A DNA stretch of 64,000 bases, from positions 46,624,001 to 46,688,000 of the forward strand of contig NC_043003.1 of assembly GCF_006345805.1 (NCBI RefSeq), written 5' to 3'. Every line of letters starts with the position of its first letter. Position 1 is the stretch's first letter. Below the pieces are notes generated by a model. That model worked only from the letters and a program-made list of their open reading frames with translations, did not search any database and was not told where the DNA came from. The position numbers and the translations under genes are program-made. The stretch comes from Octopus sinensis. Lineage: Eukaryota. This document shows, one piece after another, positions 12,563 through 23,895 of the stretch.

Positions 12563-12708
12563 ATAACTTTATCTTTTAATATATTTGACATAATACATTA
12601 TATCCGTCACTTTCAACGATTCTACCAGATCACTGCCTCAGTAATAATTATAAGAAAAGCACTCAGAGAGCGCAAACCTCCACCAAGGTAGCACCAACGT
12701 CCTAATCA

Positions 12709-13545
12709 TTTTATTACCCACAAGGGGCCAACACAGCGGGTACAATACATTACATATGGGGATACAAAGCAGGTAAAAAAATAGGACAACGTATGAGAAA
12801 CATAAAATGACAAATGAAAATGAAAAAATGCAACGAAGCTAATCGGCGCCACCTCCGAGTAGCTTCATTTATACTTTTCTTTCTTTTTTTAAACCTCGTT
12901 CCTTCTAGTATATCCATCTTGCACTCCTTTATAAGTTCTATATATTCCATACAATCCAACAACCTATCTTTATCAACTTTTACTCTCCAACAAGTGAATC
13001 CATTTAAAAACCTTTCTATTTTTGCCTTCTCTTCCTCTGAAACCAACAAGCATATAAATATCCCCTTTTATATTATCCTCATCCGTTTTAACAAGCACTG
13101 TGTCTTTCCACTTCATTGTTTCTCTGATCAGTTCACTATCTGAGTCATCTATTATGCACACAAGGCAACTTTTTCCTTTAGCCGAGGGAGGGGAAATTTG
13201 GGGGTTCTTGTGCCCGCGTGTTTTCTTTTTTTTTTCTGTGTCTGAAGCGAGAGGGTAGGTTTGGTGTCTGTTGGGGAGGGTGGGTCTGAGAAGGTGTAGG
13301 TGAGTTGGGTACGGGTAGGGCTTCCTTTTCCTTTTGTTCCTACTTTCCACTGTCTTCCACGTCTCGACTTCCTTCTTCATTTCTTCTGATAGTAAATCCT
13401 CCTCCGCTTTCGCTGGTTCCCTAGATTTCTCCTGGGTCCCCTTGGACGGTGAAGGGCAGTCCGCTCTGATGTGACCCTTTAGGCAACATTTAAAGCTTCG
13501 CGGGATTCTGCCCTCCACCCTGACTCTCAGCACCGTGTCCTAAAT
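12709..13545 (-). mobile_element. Retroelement fragment encoding a zinc-knuckle ORF1/Gag-like protein followed directly by a 3' UTR ending in AATAAA
   Basis: ORF 12973-13533 has (S)FKCCLKGHIRADC, a decayed CX2CX4HX4C knuckle, and a basic region. It continues after a +1 frameshift into ORF 12750-13049. Paralog at 25875-26597. Confidence 0.6.
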
Positions 13546-13599
13546 TGTAATTGTCTCTTTCATGCTTTCCAAATTGTTCAGAAAATTTCCAAATTAGCC

Positions 13600-13690
13600 A
13601 GAAAAATCCACGATGTACTGAGTGCGTGATCGGTGAACCGCGATATACTGAGTGCGCGATAGGTGAACCGCGATATGGCGAGGGATTACG
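13600..13690 (+). mobile_element. Tigger/pogo-like MITE right-end fragment
   Basis: GAACCGCGATATGGCGAGGGATTAC resembles the reverse complement of the recalled pogo-type TIR CAGTAATCCCTCGCTATATCGCGGTT, and is preceded by a duplicated subterminal repeat. Confidence 0.45.
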
Positions 13691-13768
13691 TTTATTATCT
13701 ATTTACTTGCTTGTAAATTGGTATCATATTTACATTATATTTACATTACACCACTGAGGTTCATTGTA

Positions 13769-14816
13769 CGAGGTGCGTTCAAAAAGTATCCGATTTTATT
13801 TTCTTCCTGCCAATACTAATGACACACGGGAAATTTTCTTCGGGTAGGAGGTGATGGCACCCTTCCTGCGCATGCGGGAAAATTTCGCGCTGGTACACTG
13901 TACCAGTTCCCGGCTACTACTCCTTGAGCACAGACGTGTTGTGAGCGCTCATCGGATTTTCGCTTCCACCGAACGCATCGAGCAGTGATATCGCATCAAA
14001 TTTTGTCAAAAGCATGGTGATACTCACGCTCAAGCCATCCAGAAGATTCAGCAGGCATTTGGTGGTGATGCGAAAGGCAGAAATTAGTACAAGGAGCGGT
14101 ACAACGGCTTCAAACATGGCCGCATTTCAGTGGAGAGCAAGCCACGCTCCGGCAAGCCATCCACAAACCGAAGCAAGTCGTGTAACAATCTAGAAAATTG
14201 CTCACGAAGTGGGAATAAGCATAGGATCAGTGCATTCAATTTTAACAGAGGATCTGTGCATGCGGAGAGTTTCGGCGAAATTCATCCCCAAGGCGAAATT
14301 ATATCTCGCGGGAACAATATTTAGTTTACAGCGGCAAGCTGGCAGAATCGTTAGGGCGTCAGGCAAATTGCTAAGTAGCATTTCATCCATCTTTACGTTC
14401 TGAACTTAAATTCCGCCGAGGCCAACTTTGCCTTTCAGTAAGTACCAAGTTAGCATTGGGGTTGATATAATCCCGAACTTACCGTTCTTGCGCAGGTAGA
14501 GAGGCAGAAGCAACTCCGCATGGAAATCGCACAGAACATGCTACACAATGCAAACCACGACCGAGACTTCGTGAAAACCATCATCGCTGGTGATGAAACA
14601 TGGGTTTATGGTCTCTGCTTGATGCATTCAGTCATCTTGCCTGAAAACAAAAATCCGACGAGCTCGTAATTTATGTCAATTCTCTAGGCCTACCGACGCG
14701 AAAATTTTCTTGCATGATCAGTAAGGGTGGTATCACCTCCTACCCAGAGGATTTTTCCTACGCGTCATTAGTTTTGTGGGAGAAAATAAAGTCGGATACT
14801 TTTTGAACGTACTTCG
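13769..14816 (+). mobile_element. Internally deleted mariner transposon with ~120-bp TIRs and a SINE-derived insertion
   Basis: TA|CGAGGTGCGTTCAAAAAGTATCCGA... pairs with ...TCGGATACTTTTTGAACGTACTTCG|TC. Peptides include RIKFCQKHGDT, ESKPRSGKPST, MRRVSAKFIPK and DFVKTIIAGDETWVYG (first catalytic Asp). Confidence 0.9.
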
Positions 14817-16018
14817 TCTTACTGTAAAGTGCAGTAAGGAGGTAGAGTGACAGAACTGCTAGTGCGTCGAAAAACCTTTTTGCAGTATTTCTTCTGGCTC
14901 CTCACATTCTGAATTCAAATAACACCGAGGTTGATATTGCCCTTCATCCTTTCGGGGTCGATGAATAATGTCCATTGAGCAGTGCGGTCTATTTACTAGA
15001 CCTCCCTGTCCCTACAATATTACTGGTCTTGAGCCAAACTTAAAATGAATGATGTAGCATGACGGTGAGCTGGCAGAATCGATAGTGCATTCGGCCAAAA
15101 TGCTTAACGAAGTTTCTTCCAGTTGTGAGTTCAAATCTCGCGGAAGTCAATTTTGTCCTCCAATCCTTTCTGGGCCGATAAAATCACTAGGGACGATGTA
15201 ATCGACATACCCCTACCATGAAATTGCTGGCCTTGAGCCAAAATTTGAACCCTTTACTATAATATGCGGTGAAATTATGTCGGTGATTACTTATTGAAAG
15301 ATGTCCACACTTTGATAATACTATACTTTTTGAAGAAACATAATAACTATTTGATACGAGTGCTGAAAAACTTCTATTAGCTGAGATTATCTATGCAATT
15401 AACTAACAAAATCTACCCTAAGGAGAGTTTAAAATATAAAAACAGCAGTCAAGCGAACTCCTATTAGATCAGGCGACCAAATATGTTTGTTGAAGAAGTC
15501 AAATAAGATCAATATATGACCCGTGTTTTCAAAGATTCTACTCAACCGTCTGAGTTAGTCAGGATATCAACAAAGTCACCAGATTATTGTTGTTGTTGCT
15601 GCTGCTGCTGCTGCTGCTTCTGGGGCTAGCGTAGAGTTGCTTTACAAAACGTATGAAATATTGAATGTTTGGCATGGGTTCAGTCCCACAGCACGGCAGC
15701 TCGGACAACTGCCTTCTAATATTACCCCAGATCAACCAATATCATGTGAATTAATTTGGTTGACGGAAATTATTGGAAGAACGTGTTTATCATTTTTGCA
15801 GTCTCTTCCAAGACGTTTGCGTTTCTTCTCACACTAAAGTATAATGAGTTTTAACAGGTTACTCTTGTAAAGGGATTTTTTTCGGGGACGACCACTGCAG
15901 CCTCAACAATATGCATAAGCGTTAAATAAAGATAAAGATTTTAATCAATTTAATCAAGCGCAGCTTCTGCTGCATAATTTGAATGTGTGTGGGTGGGTGA
16001 GTGTATGTGTGTGAGCGC

Positions 16019-16056
<38 letters not shown>

Positions 16057-16556
16057 GTGTATGCATGTTTTGTAGGTGGTTGGATGGAATTGTCAAAGAC
16101 GCTTCAATTTTTCTAAAAATCAATAAAATGGAAAATAAGAAAATAAGGATAAAAACACACGTGACATACATGACAAACAAAATGAATAATGATAATAATT
16201 ACGTAATATAAATAGAATGTCAAATGCGTTGGTGCGTGACTTTTGGCCTACCTTGCCCGCGCGTGCGCGCGTGTGTGTGTGTGTTATCTTTGTGCTTGAC
16301 CCAGTGCCACTTCACAACTTGGGTTGTTTCTGTATGACCCTGTAACATAAGCAGTTGGGTAATAGAGACCGATAGATTAAGAAATACCAGAGTTTAAGAG
16401 ATAGCTCCTGGATTTGATTTGCTCGACTAAACCCTTCAAGGCGGTACCCCCCAGCAAGGCCGAAGCCTAATGACAGAAAGAACTAAAAAATGTATTTAAT
16501 GTATATAAAGGCGCAATGTATTTAAATAAGGCTGTATCATCGCTAGTACTCAATTG

Positions 16557-16628
16557 TCCCAAGTGGTCTAGTGGTTAGGATTCCACGCTCTCACCGCGGC
16601 GGCCGGGGTTCGATTCCCCGCTTGGGAA
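16557..16628 (+). tRNA. trnE-CTC: tRNA-Glu(CTC), copy 6 (G29A, A29-C41 mismatch in anticodon stem)
   Basis: CCACG-CTCTCAC-CGCGG; otherwise identical to copy 1. Confidence 0.85.
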
Positions 16629-17255
16629 ACGTAGCTTTTTTTTTTTTTTTCTTCTAAATTTTTGATTTTTAGCTTTGAATTTGCAAACACAGTGTACTTA
16701 GACTGAGATATATTGAAAATCTTAATTTAATATTCAAATATTATTTTAATCCTGTATAGGCAGTTCATTTTTTTTTTGTTTGAGACGATCAGGGCTCGCA
16801 ACAGTACTTTTGGCGAGTATCTTCTAGTCATAGCATTAGATCAACCAAAACTTTGCGACTAAAATTAGAGGAAAACGACGTTGAAGCCTGCTAGAAGGAC
16901 ACAACGCTTTTCCTGGTTTAGGAATTGAATACGCCAAAAGCTAATATGAGAGTATCTCTCGTGGCATCTACCACAGTATAGTTTGTTCTAGCAGTTCACC
17001 CACGTTTACCTCTCAGTATTAATAATAGCTCTGATGTTAATATACTATTTTATTCTTTTACTTATTTCAGTCATTCGACTGCGGCCATGCTTGAACACCG
17101 CGTTTAATCGAACAAATCGACCCCAGGACTTATTCTAACTTGTACTTATTCTACCGGTCTCTTTTTGCCGAAAAGCTGGTTGACGGGGACGTAAAAACAC
17201 CAGCATCGGTTGTCAAGCAAAGATGGACTGACAAACACAGACACAAATAACAAAT

Positions 17256-17289
<34 letters not shown>

Positions 17290-17487
17290 GTCGCCATGTT
17301 GAATCGCAAGCTTCTGCACGCATTTTTTTCTCTCCGTGTTTCTTTTCTGTGTATCTTTCTGTTGAAGAGCGTAGGCTCGAAACGTAAAAGACTTGTTTTA
17401 TTTATATTCCTGAGCGCCATACTAATACAATTGTTTGTTTGTACTCCACCTGCCTTCGTCTTTTGTTTATTTTCATAAAGCTTCCCG

Positions 17488-17489
<2 letters not shown>
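17290..17489 (+). mobile_element. Penelope-like pseudo-LTR fragment inserted in the (TA)n tract of a SINE
   Basis: Flanked by (TA)n, absent from the paralogous SINE at 7045-7450, and contains a minimal hammerhead-like motif. Confidence 0.55.
17354..17391 (+). ncRNA. Minimal type I hammerhead-like motif (A6U core variant)
   Basis: TCTTT-CTGTTGA-A-GAGC(GTAG)GCTC-GAAA-CG-TA-AAAGA: 5-bp stem I, 4-bp stem II and palindromic ACGT stem III. Confidence 0.5.
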
Positions 17490-17523
<34 letters not shown>

Positions 17524-17967
17524 GGGCTTCTTCCAGTTTCCGTCTACCAAATCCACTTACAAGGCTTTGGTCGACCCGAGGCTATAGTAGAAGACACTTG
17601 CCCAAGGTGCCACGTAGTGCGACTGAACCGTGAACCATGTGGTTGAGAAGCAAGCTTCTTGCCACGCAGCCGCTATATCTAACTAAACACTCATCTTCTA
17701 ACCAAGAAGCGTTACCATACCGAAACGGTTACATATAAAGCCATTCTGACCAAATAGACTTATTCATTCTACAAGAAACGAAATGTGTTAAGCTAAAGCT
17801 ATTCAAGCTTCTTTTCAACCATTTTCTGAGTTTGTCTGCTTACCTTTTTTCGTCTTATCGTCAAAGTTTCTAGATCCAACTGACACCCAAAACGTTGATC
17901 GGACCTTCAATTCGGTGCATCTTTAGTATTATTATTTGCTATTACAACTACAACAATTACTACTACA

Positions 17968-18005
<38 letters not shown>

Positions 18006-19048
18006 AAATAAAAATAATAATAGTAATTTCACATTTTGGCACAAGGCCAGCAATTTCAGCCAGTGGATAAGTCGATTGCATCGACTCCAGTAAACAACTG
18101 GTACTTATTTTATCGACTCCGAGAAGATGAAAGGCAAAGTCGATCTCGGCGGAATTTGAACTCAGAACCTGTAGACGGATGAAATGATGTTAAGCATTTT
18201 GTCCGGCGTGCTAATGATTCTGCTGACTCACCACCCTGATAAATCTCTCTGTTGCAGACATAGAACCTGAAACATTGGAAGAGAGAACTAGTCGATTACA
18301 TCAACTCAAGTATTTCACTGGTACTTTATTTTATTCACTTCGAAAGGAATAAAATGGTAAAGTTGACTTCGGCGGGATTTGAACTCAAGGTGCCACGAAA
18401 GCCGAATGCTCTAACAACTCTCTCAACTTGCCGCCTTCTACAACTGACATACCATAAGAATATGTTGAGGCTGGATTCTGTCGTGTAATTCAATCCCAGA
18501 ACTACTCAAGCTTCTACACCACCAGCACTACCAGTCAACCCTTTCGATATATTACTCTCGCCAAAGCGGCGAGCTGGCAGAAACGTTAGCACGCCGGCCA
18601 AAATGGGGTCGATTAAATAAGTACCAGTTACGCACTGGAATCGATATCATCGACTTAATCCCTTTGTCTGTCCTTCTTTGTCCCTTCTGTGTTTAGCCCC
18701 TTGTTGGTAGTACAGAAATAGGTATTTCGTCTGCCGCTACGTTCTGAGTTCAAATTCCGCCGAGGTCGACTTTGCCTTTCATCCTTTCGAGGTTGATAAA
18801 TTAAGTGACAGTTGCGTACTGGGGTCCTTCTATTCGACTGGCCCCTTCCCCAAAAATTTCTCGCCTTGTGCCTAGAGAAGAAAAGTAGTAGTAGCAGCAG
18901 CACCAGCACCAACAGTGGCAGCAACAGTAGCGGTAGTAGCTGAGCCATCCACTTCAATATATTCTAATATATTCTAATATATACTACCAGCATAAATCAG
19001 AGTTACAATTTTTGTTATCAGCTGTGTTTCAGAACACACTTCAACACT

Positions 19049-19120
19049 TCCCAAGTAGTCTAGTGGTTAGGATTCCGCGCTCTCACCGCGGCGGCCGGGG
19101 TTCGATTCCCCGCTTGGGAA
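19049..19120 (+). tRNA. trnE-CTC: tRNA-Glu(CTC), copy 7 (G9A)
   Basis: Full cloverleaf; A at 19057. Confidence 0.95.
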
Positions 19121-19617
19121 ACGGTTTATATATACATATAATTTTAAATTTTTGTATTTCAAACGTTCAATTCCCAAAGACAGCATATTTGAAGGTATTG
19201 AAAATGTTAGCTTAATTCTGTAAAGACATCCCTGTTTTATTCGAGCTGATCAGAGCAACCCGCAGTACATTTGGCAAGTATCTGCTGCCATATACTATCT
19301 TCAACCAAAACTTTGCGAGTAAAATTAGGGAGGCGAAAACTATGGCGAATCCAGATAGAAAGACTGTTCTTGGAAATAGGTTTTAATACGTCGAATCATT
19401 TAACACCAAATCTGACTACCTATATTTTTAGCAGGTCCACTTTCTTGCAAACTTTCGGGTCAAAATCTCCCTTTTGAGGTTAATATCCTCCCCAACTCAG
19501 CAGTAACTCAACCATTAATCTCAATATAAAGCATCATATAGTCTGAAGTATACTATCACGATGAATCAATGTTATAGTTATTGTTGTCTGCCGTGTTTCT
19601 GTACTCTGCTGTCGGCC

Positions 19618-19689
19618 TCCCAAGTGGTCTAGTGGTTAGGATTCCGCGCTCCCACCGCGGCGGCCGGGGTTCGATTCCCCGCTTGAGAA
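19618..19689 (+). tRNA. tRNA-Glu body with CCC (Gly) anticodon and C3-A70 mismatch, copy 8; possible pseudogene
   Basis: Anticodon loop CT-CCC-AC (T>C at 19652); acceptor 3' strand CTTGAGA (G>A at 19686). Confidence 0.7.
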
Positions 19690-21272
19690 GCGGTTTACAT
19701 ATTTTTGAAAAATTCATCTCATATTGTATTTAAGTGGGAATGGCAATGGATAATATCTATGTTTATTAATTATTTACTCACAATTCGTAACTTGCAAATT
19801 AGTATTTTGCTTATTGCTTTACACCAATATTTTCATCGTATTACTTTAAGATGTGGTACGGCACCGGACTGCCAGAATTGCTTAGCGATATTTCTTCCGG
19901 CTTTTTATATTCTAAGATCAAATACAGCTGAGGACGGCTTTGCCTTTTAATTCTTTCGGAGTGGATAAACTAATTAGAAATTGAGCACATGGGTCAACTG
20001 CTGTCCATGAGCCAAAATTTGAAGCCCTTATTATAATATATGGTAATCTATTTTACTCCCAACGACATACAATCGTTGAAGTATCAAGATAGACATTTTA
20101 TACCTCTGTTAAATACTTTCAATTACCTAAAAGGAGAAATACCACTAATTAATTTATCCGTCGCCCCTAACCATCCTACCAGCTTACCGGCTTAATAGTA
20201 ATAATAATAGTTTCAAATTTTGGCACAAGGTAAGTCGATTACCTTGTGCCAAAGTGCGTAAATCAATTACGTCGACCTCTGTAATTGACAGTACTTTATT
20301 TTATTGACCCCGAAAGAATGAAAAAGGCAATGTTGATCTTGGCTGGATTTGAACTCAAAACAAAGAGAGAAAAGAAATGTCGTTAAGTATTTTATACTTG
20401 ACGCTCCAAAGATTCCACCAGCTCACCGTGTTTGTGTTATAATAATTTTGTAAGTCGGAGAGCTGGCAAAATTGTTAGCACGTCCAGTGAAATGCTTACC
20501 GGTATTTCATCTGCCGCTACGTTCTGAGTTCAAATTCCGCTGAGGTCGACTTTGCCTTTCATCCTATCGGGGTCGATTAAATAAGTACCAGTTACGCACT
20601 GGTGTCGATATAATCGACATAATCCGTTCCCTAATATTGCTACCCTTGTGGAGATTTTGAAAGCAATAATTATAATAATTTCTAATATTCGTTTCAATTT
20701 TTTGCGCAAGGACAGTGAGTTCGGGATTACATCAATCCCAATGCTCACTTGGTACTTACTGAAAGGCAAAGTTGGCCTCGGCGGAATTTAAGCTCAGAAC
20801 GTAAGGATGGACGAAATGTTACTTAGCAATTTGCCTGACGCCCCTAACGATTCTGCCAGCTTGCCGCTGTAAACCGAATGCCGTTCTCGCAAAAGTTAAT
20901 TTTTAATAATAATTTTAAAGTTTGCAACAAAGACTGCAATTTCAAGGGAGAATGCAAGTTGGTTACATCGACTTCAGTATTCAACTGGTACTCCTTTTAT
21001 CGACCCCGGAAGGTAGAAAGGAAAAGTCGACCTCAGTGGAATCTGAACTCAGAATTTAAAGACGAATAATTTTGCATTCCAACAGAATATTTTGAGGTAC
21101 TCTCGACTTATTTAATCCCAGAATTGCTGAAGCACCGGTACCACCACCAGCAGACAAGACCGCGTCAATGTATCTCTCTCACCAACGAATACTTTCGGTA
21201 AAGTATACTTCGACAGTGAATCAATGTTACAGTTACTTTTATCAGTTGTGTTTCAGTCGCTGGCTGCAAGTC

Positions 21273-21344
21273 TCCCAAGTGGTCTAGTGGTTAGGATTCC
21301 GCGCTCTCACCGCGGCGGCCGGGGTTCGATTCCCCGCTTGGGAA
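21273..21344 (+). tRNA. trnE-CTC: tRNA-Glu(CTC), copy 9 (recombinant flanks)
   Basis: Identical to copy 1; upstream flank like copies 5/13, downstream flank like copies 2/7/11. Confidence 0.97.
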
Positions 21345-21839
21345 ACGGTTTATATATATATTTTTTTAAATTTTTGTATTTCAAACGTTCAATTCCCAAA
21401 GACAGCATATTTGAAGGTATTGAAAATGTTAGCTTAATTCTGTAAAGATATCCCTGTTTTATTCGAGCTGATCAGAGCAACCCGCAGTACATTTGGCAAG
21501 TATCTGCTGCCATATACTACCTTCAACCAAAACTTTGCGAGTAAAATTAGGGAGGCGAAAACTATGGCGAATCCAGATAGAAAGACTGTTCTCGGAAATA
21601 GGTTTTAATACGTCGAATCATTTAACACCAAATCTGACTATCTATATTTTTAGCATGTCCACTTTCTTGCAAACTTTCGGGTTAAAATCTCCCTTTTGAG
21701 GTTAATATCCTCCCCAACTCAGCAGTAACTCAACCATTAATCTCAATATAAAACATCATATAGTCTAATGTATACTACCACGGTGAATCAATGTTACAGT
21801 TATTATTGACTGTCGTGTTTCTGCACCCTGCTGTCGGCA

Positions 21840-21911
21840 TCCCAAGTGGTCTAGTGGTTAGGATTCCGCGCTCTCACCGCGGCGGCCGGGGTTCGATTCC
21901 CCGCTTGGGAA
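21840..21911 (+). tRNA. trnE-CTC: tRNA-Glu(CTC), copy 10
   Basis: Identical to copy 1. Confidence 0.97.
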
Positions 21912-23254
21912 ACGGCTTACATATTTTTTAAAAAATTATCTCATATTGTATTTAAGTAGGAATGGCAATGGATAAATATGCATGGTTATTAATTATTTAC
22001 TCACAATTCGTAACTTGCAAATTAGTATTTTGCTTATTGCTTTACACCAATATTTAAGATGTGGTACGGCACCGGACTGCCAGAATTGCTTAGCGATATT
22101 TCTTCCGGCTTTTTATATTCTAAGATCAAATACAGCTGAGGACGGCTTTGCCTTTAATTCTTTTGGAGTGGATAAAATAATTAGAAATTGAGCACATGGG
22201 TCAACTGCTGTCCATGAGCCAAAATTCGAAGCCCTTATTATAATATATGGTAATCTATTTTACTCACAACGACATACAATCGTTGAAGTATCAAGATAGA
22301 CAGTTGAAACCTCTGTTAAATACTTTCGATTACCTAAAAGGAGAAATACCACTAATTAATTTATCCGTCGCCCCTAACCATCCTACCAGCTTACCGGCTT
22401 AATAGTAATAATAATAGTTTCAAATTTTGGCACAAGGTAAGTCGATTACCTTGTGCCAAAGGGCGTAAGTCGATTACATCAACCTCTGTAATTGACAGTA
22501 CTTTATCTTATCGACCCCGAAAGAATCAAAAAGGCAATGTTGATCTTGGCTGGATTTGAACTCAAAACAAAGAGAGAAAAGAAATGTCGTTAAGTATTTT
22601 ATACTTGACACTCCAAAGATTCCACCAGCTCACCGTGTTTGTGTTATAATAATTTTGTAAGTCGGAGAGCTGGCAATATTGTTAGCACGTCCAGCGAAAT
22701 GCTTACCGGTATTTCATCTGCCGCTACGTTCTGAGTTCAAATTCCGCTGAGGCCGACTTTGCCTTTCATCCTTTCGGGGTCGATTAATTAAGTACCAGTG
22801 ACGCACTGGAGTCAATATAATCGACTTAATCCGTTTCTCTGTCCTAGTTTGTCCCTTCTGTGTTTAGCCCCTGGTGGGTAGTACAGAAATAGGTATTTCG
22901 TCTGTCTTTACGTTCTGAGTTCAAATTCCGCCGGGGTCGACTTTGCCTTTCATCCTTTCGGGGTTGATAAATTAAGTGACAGTTTCGTTTTGGGTTCCTT
23001 CTATTCGACTGGCCCCCTCCCCCAAAATTTCTCGCCTTGTGCCTAGAGAAGAAAAGTAGTAGTAACAGCAGCAGTAATAGCAGCAGCACCACCACTAACA
23101 GTGGCAGCAACAGTAGCGGTAGTAGCTGAGCCATCCACTTCAATATATTCTAATATCTTCTAATATCTTCTAATATATTCTAATATATACTACCAGCATA
23201 AATCAGAGTTACAATTTTTGTTATCAGCTGTGTTTCAGACCACACATCAACACT

Positions 23255-23326
23255 TCCCAAGTAGTCTAGTGGTTAGGATTCCGCGCTCTCACCGCGGCGG
23301 CCGGGGTTCGATTCCCCGCTTGGGAA
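23255..23326 (+). tRNA. trnE-CTC: tRNA-Glu(CTC), copy 11 (G9A)
   Basis: Full cloverleaf; A at 23263. Confidence 0.95.
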
Positions 23327-23823
23327 ACGGTTTATATATACATATATTTTTAAATTTTTGTATTTCATACGTTCAATTCCCAAAGACAGCATATTTGAAG
23401 GTATTGAAACTGTTAGCTTAATTCTGTAAAGACATCCCTGTTTTATTCGAGCTGATCAGAGCAACCCGCAGTACATTTGGCAAGTATCTGCTGCTATATA
23501 CTATCTTCAACCAAAACTTTGCGAGTAAAATTAGGGAGGCGAAAACTATGGCGAATCCAGTTAGAAAGACTGTTCTTGGAAATAGGTTTTAATACGTCGA
23601 ATCATTTAACACCAAATCTGACTACCTATATTTTTAGCAGGTCCACTTTCTTGCAAACTTTCGGGTCAAAATCTCCCTTTTGAGGTTAATATCCTCCCCA
23701 ACTCAGCAGTAACTCAACCATTAATCTCAATATAAAGCATCATATAGTCTGAAGTATACTACCACGATGAATCAATGTTACAGTTATTGTTGTCTGCCGT
23801 GTTTCTGTACTCTGCTGTCGGCA

Positions 23824-23895
23824 TCCCAAGTGGTCTAGTGGCTAGGATTCCGCGCTCTCACCGCGGCGGCCGGGGTTCGATTCCCCGCTTGGGAA
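23824..23895 (+). tRNA. trnE-CTC: tRNA-Glu(CTC), copy 12 (D-loop T>C)
   Basis: GTGGCTAGG instead of GTGGTTAGG (23842); all stems intact. Confidence 0.93.

Larger units (their letters stand above)
6500..16487 (+). repeat. Segmental tandem duplication, unit A (~10 kb, five tRNA genes)
   Basis: Colinear near-identity with 16509-28199 from AGGCGCAATGTATTTAAATAAGG to GAAAGAACTAAA. Confidence 0.9.

Noticed and set aside
12655-12690. GGAGGTTTGCGCTCTCTGAGTGCTTTTCT (minus strand) as the terminus of the zinc-knuckle element
   Set aside because: Resembles a Helitron-type hairpin end lacking CTAG, and lies beyond the AATAAA, so it is more likely an adjacent unrelated relic; not assignable.
15965-15985. 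CTGCATAATTTG resembling the U1 snRNA Sm-site region
   Set aside because: Only 12 nt match, with no U1 5' end or stem-loops around it.
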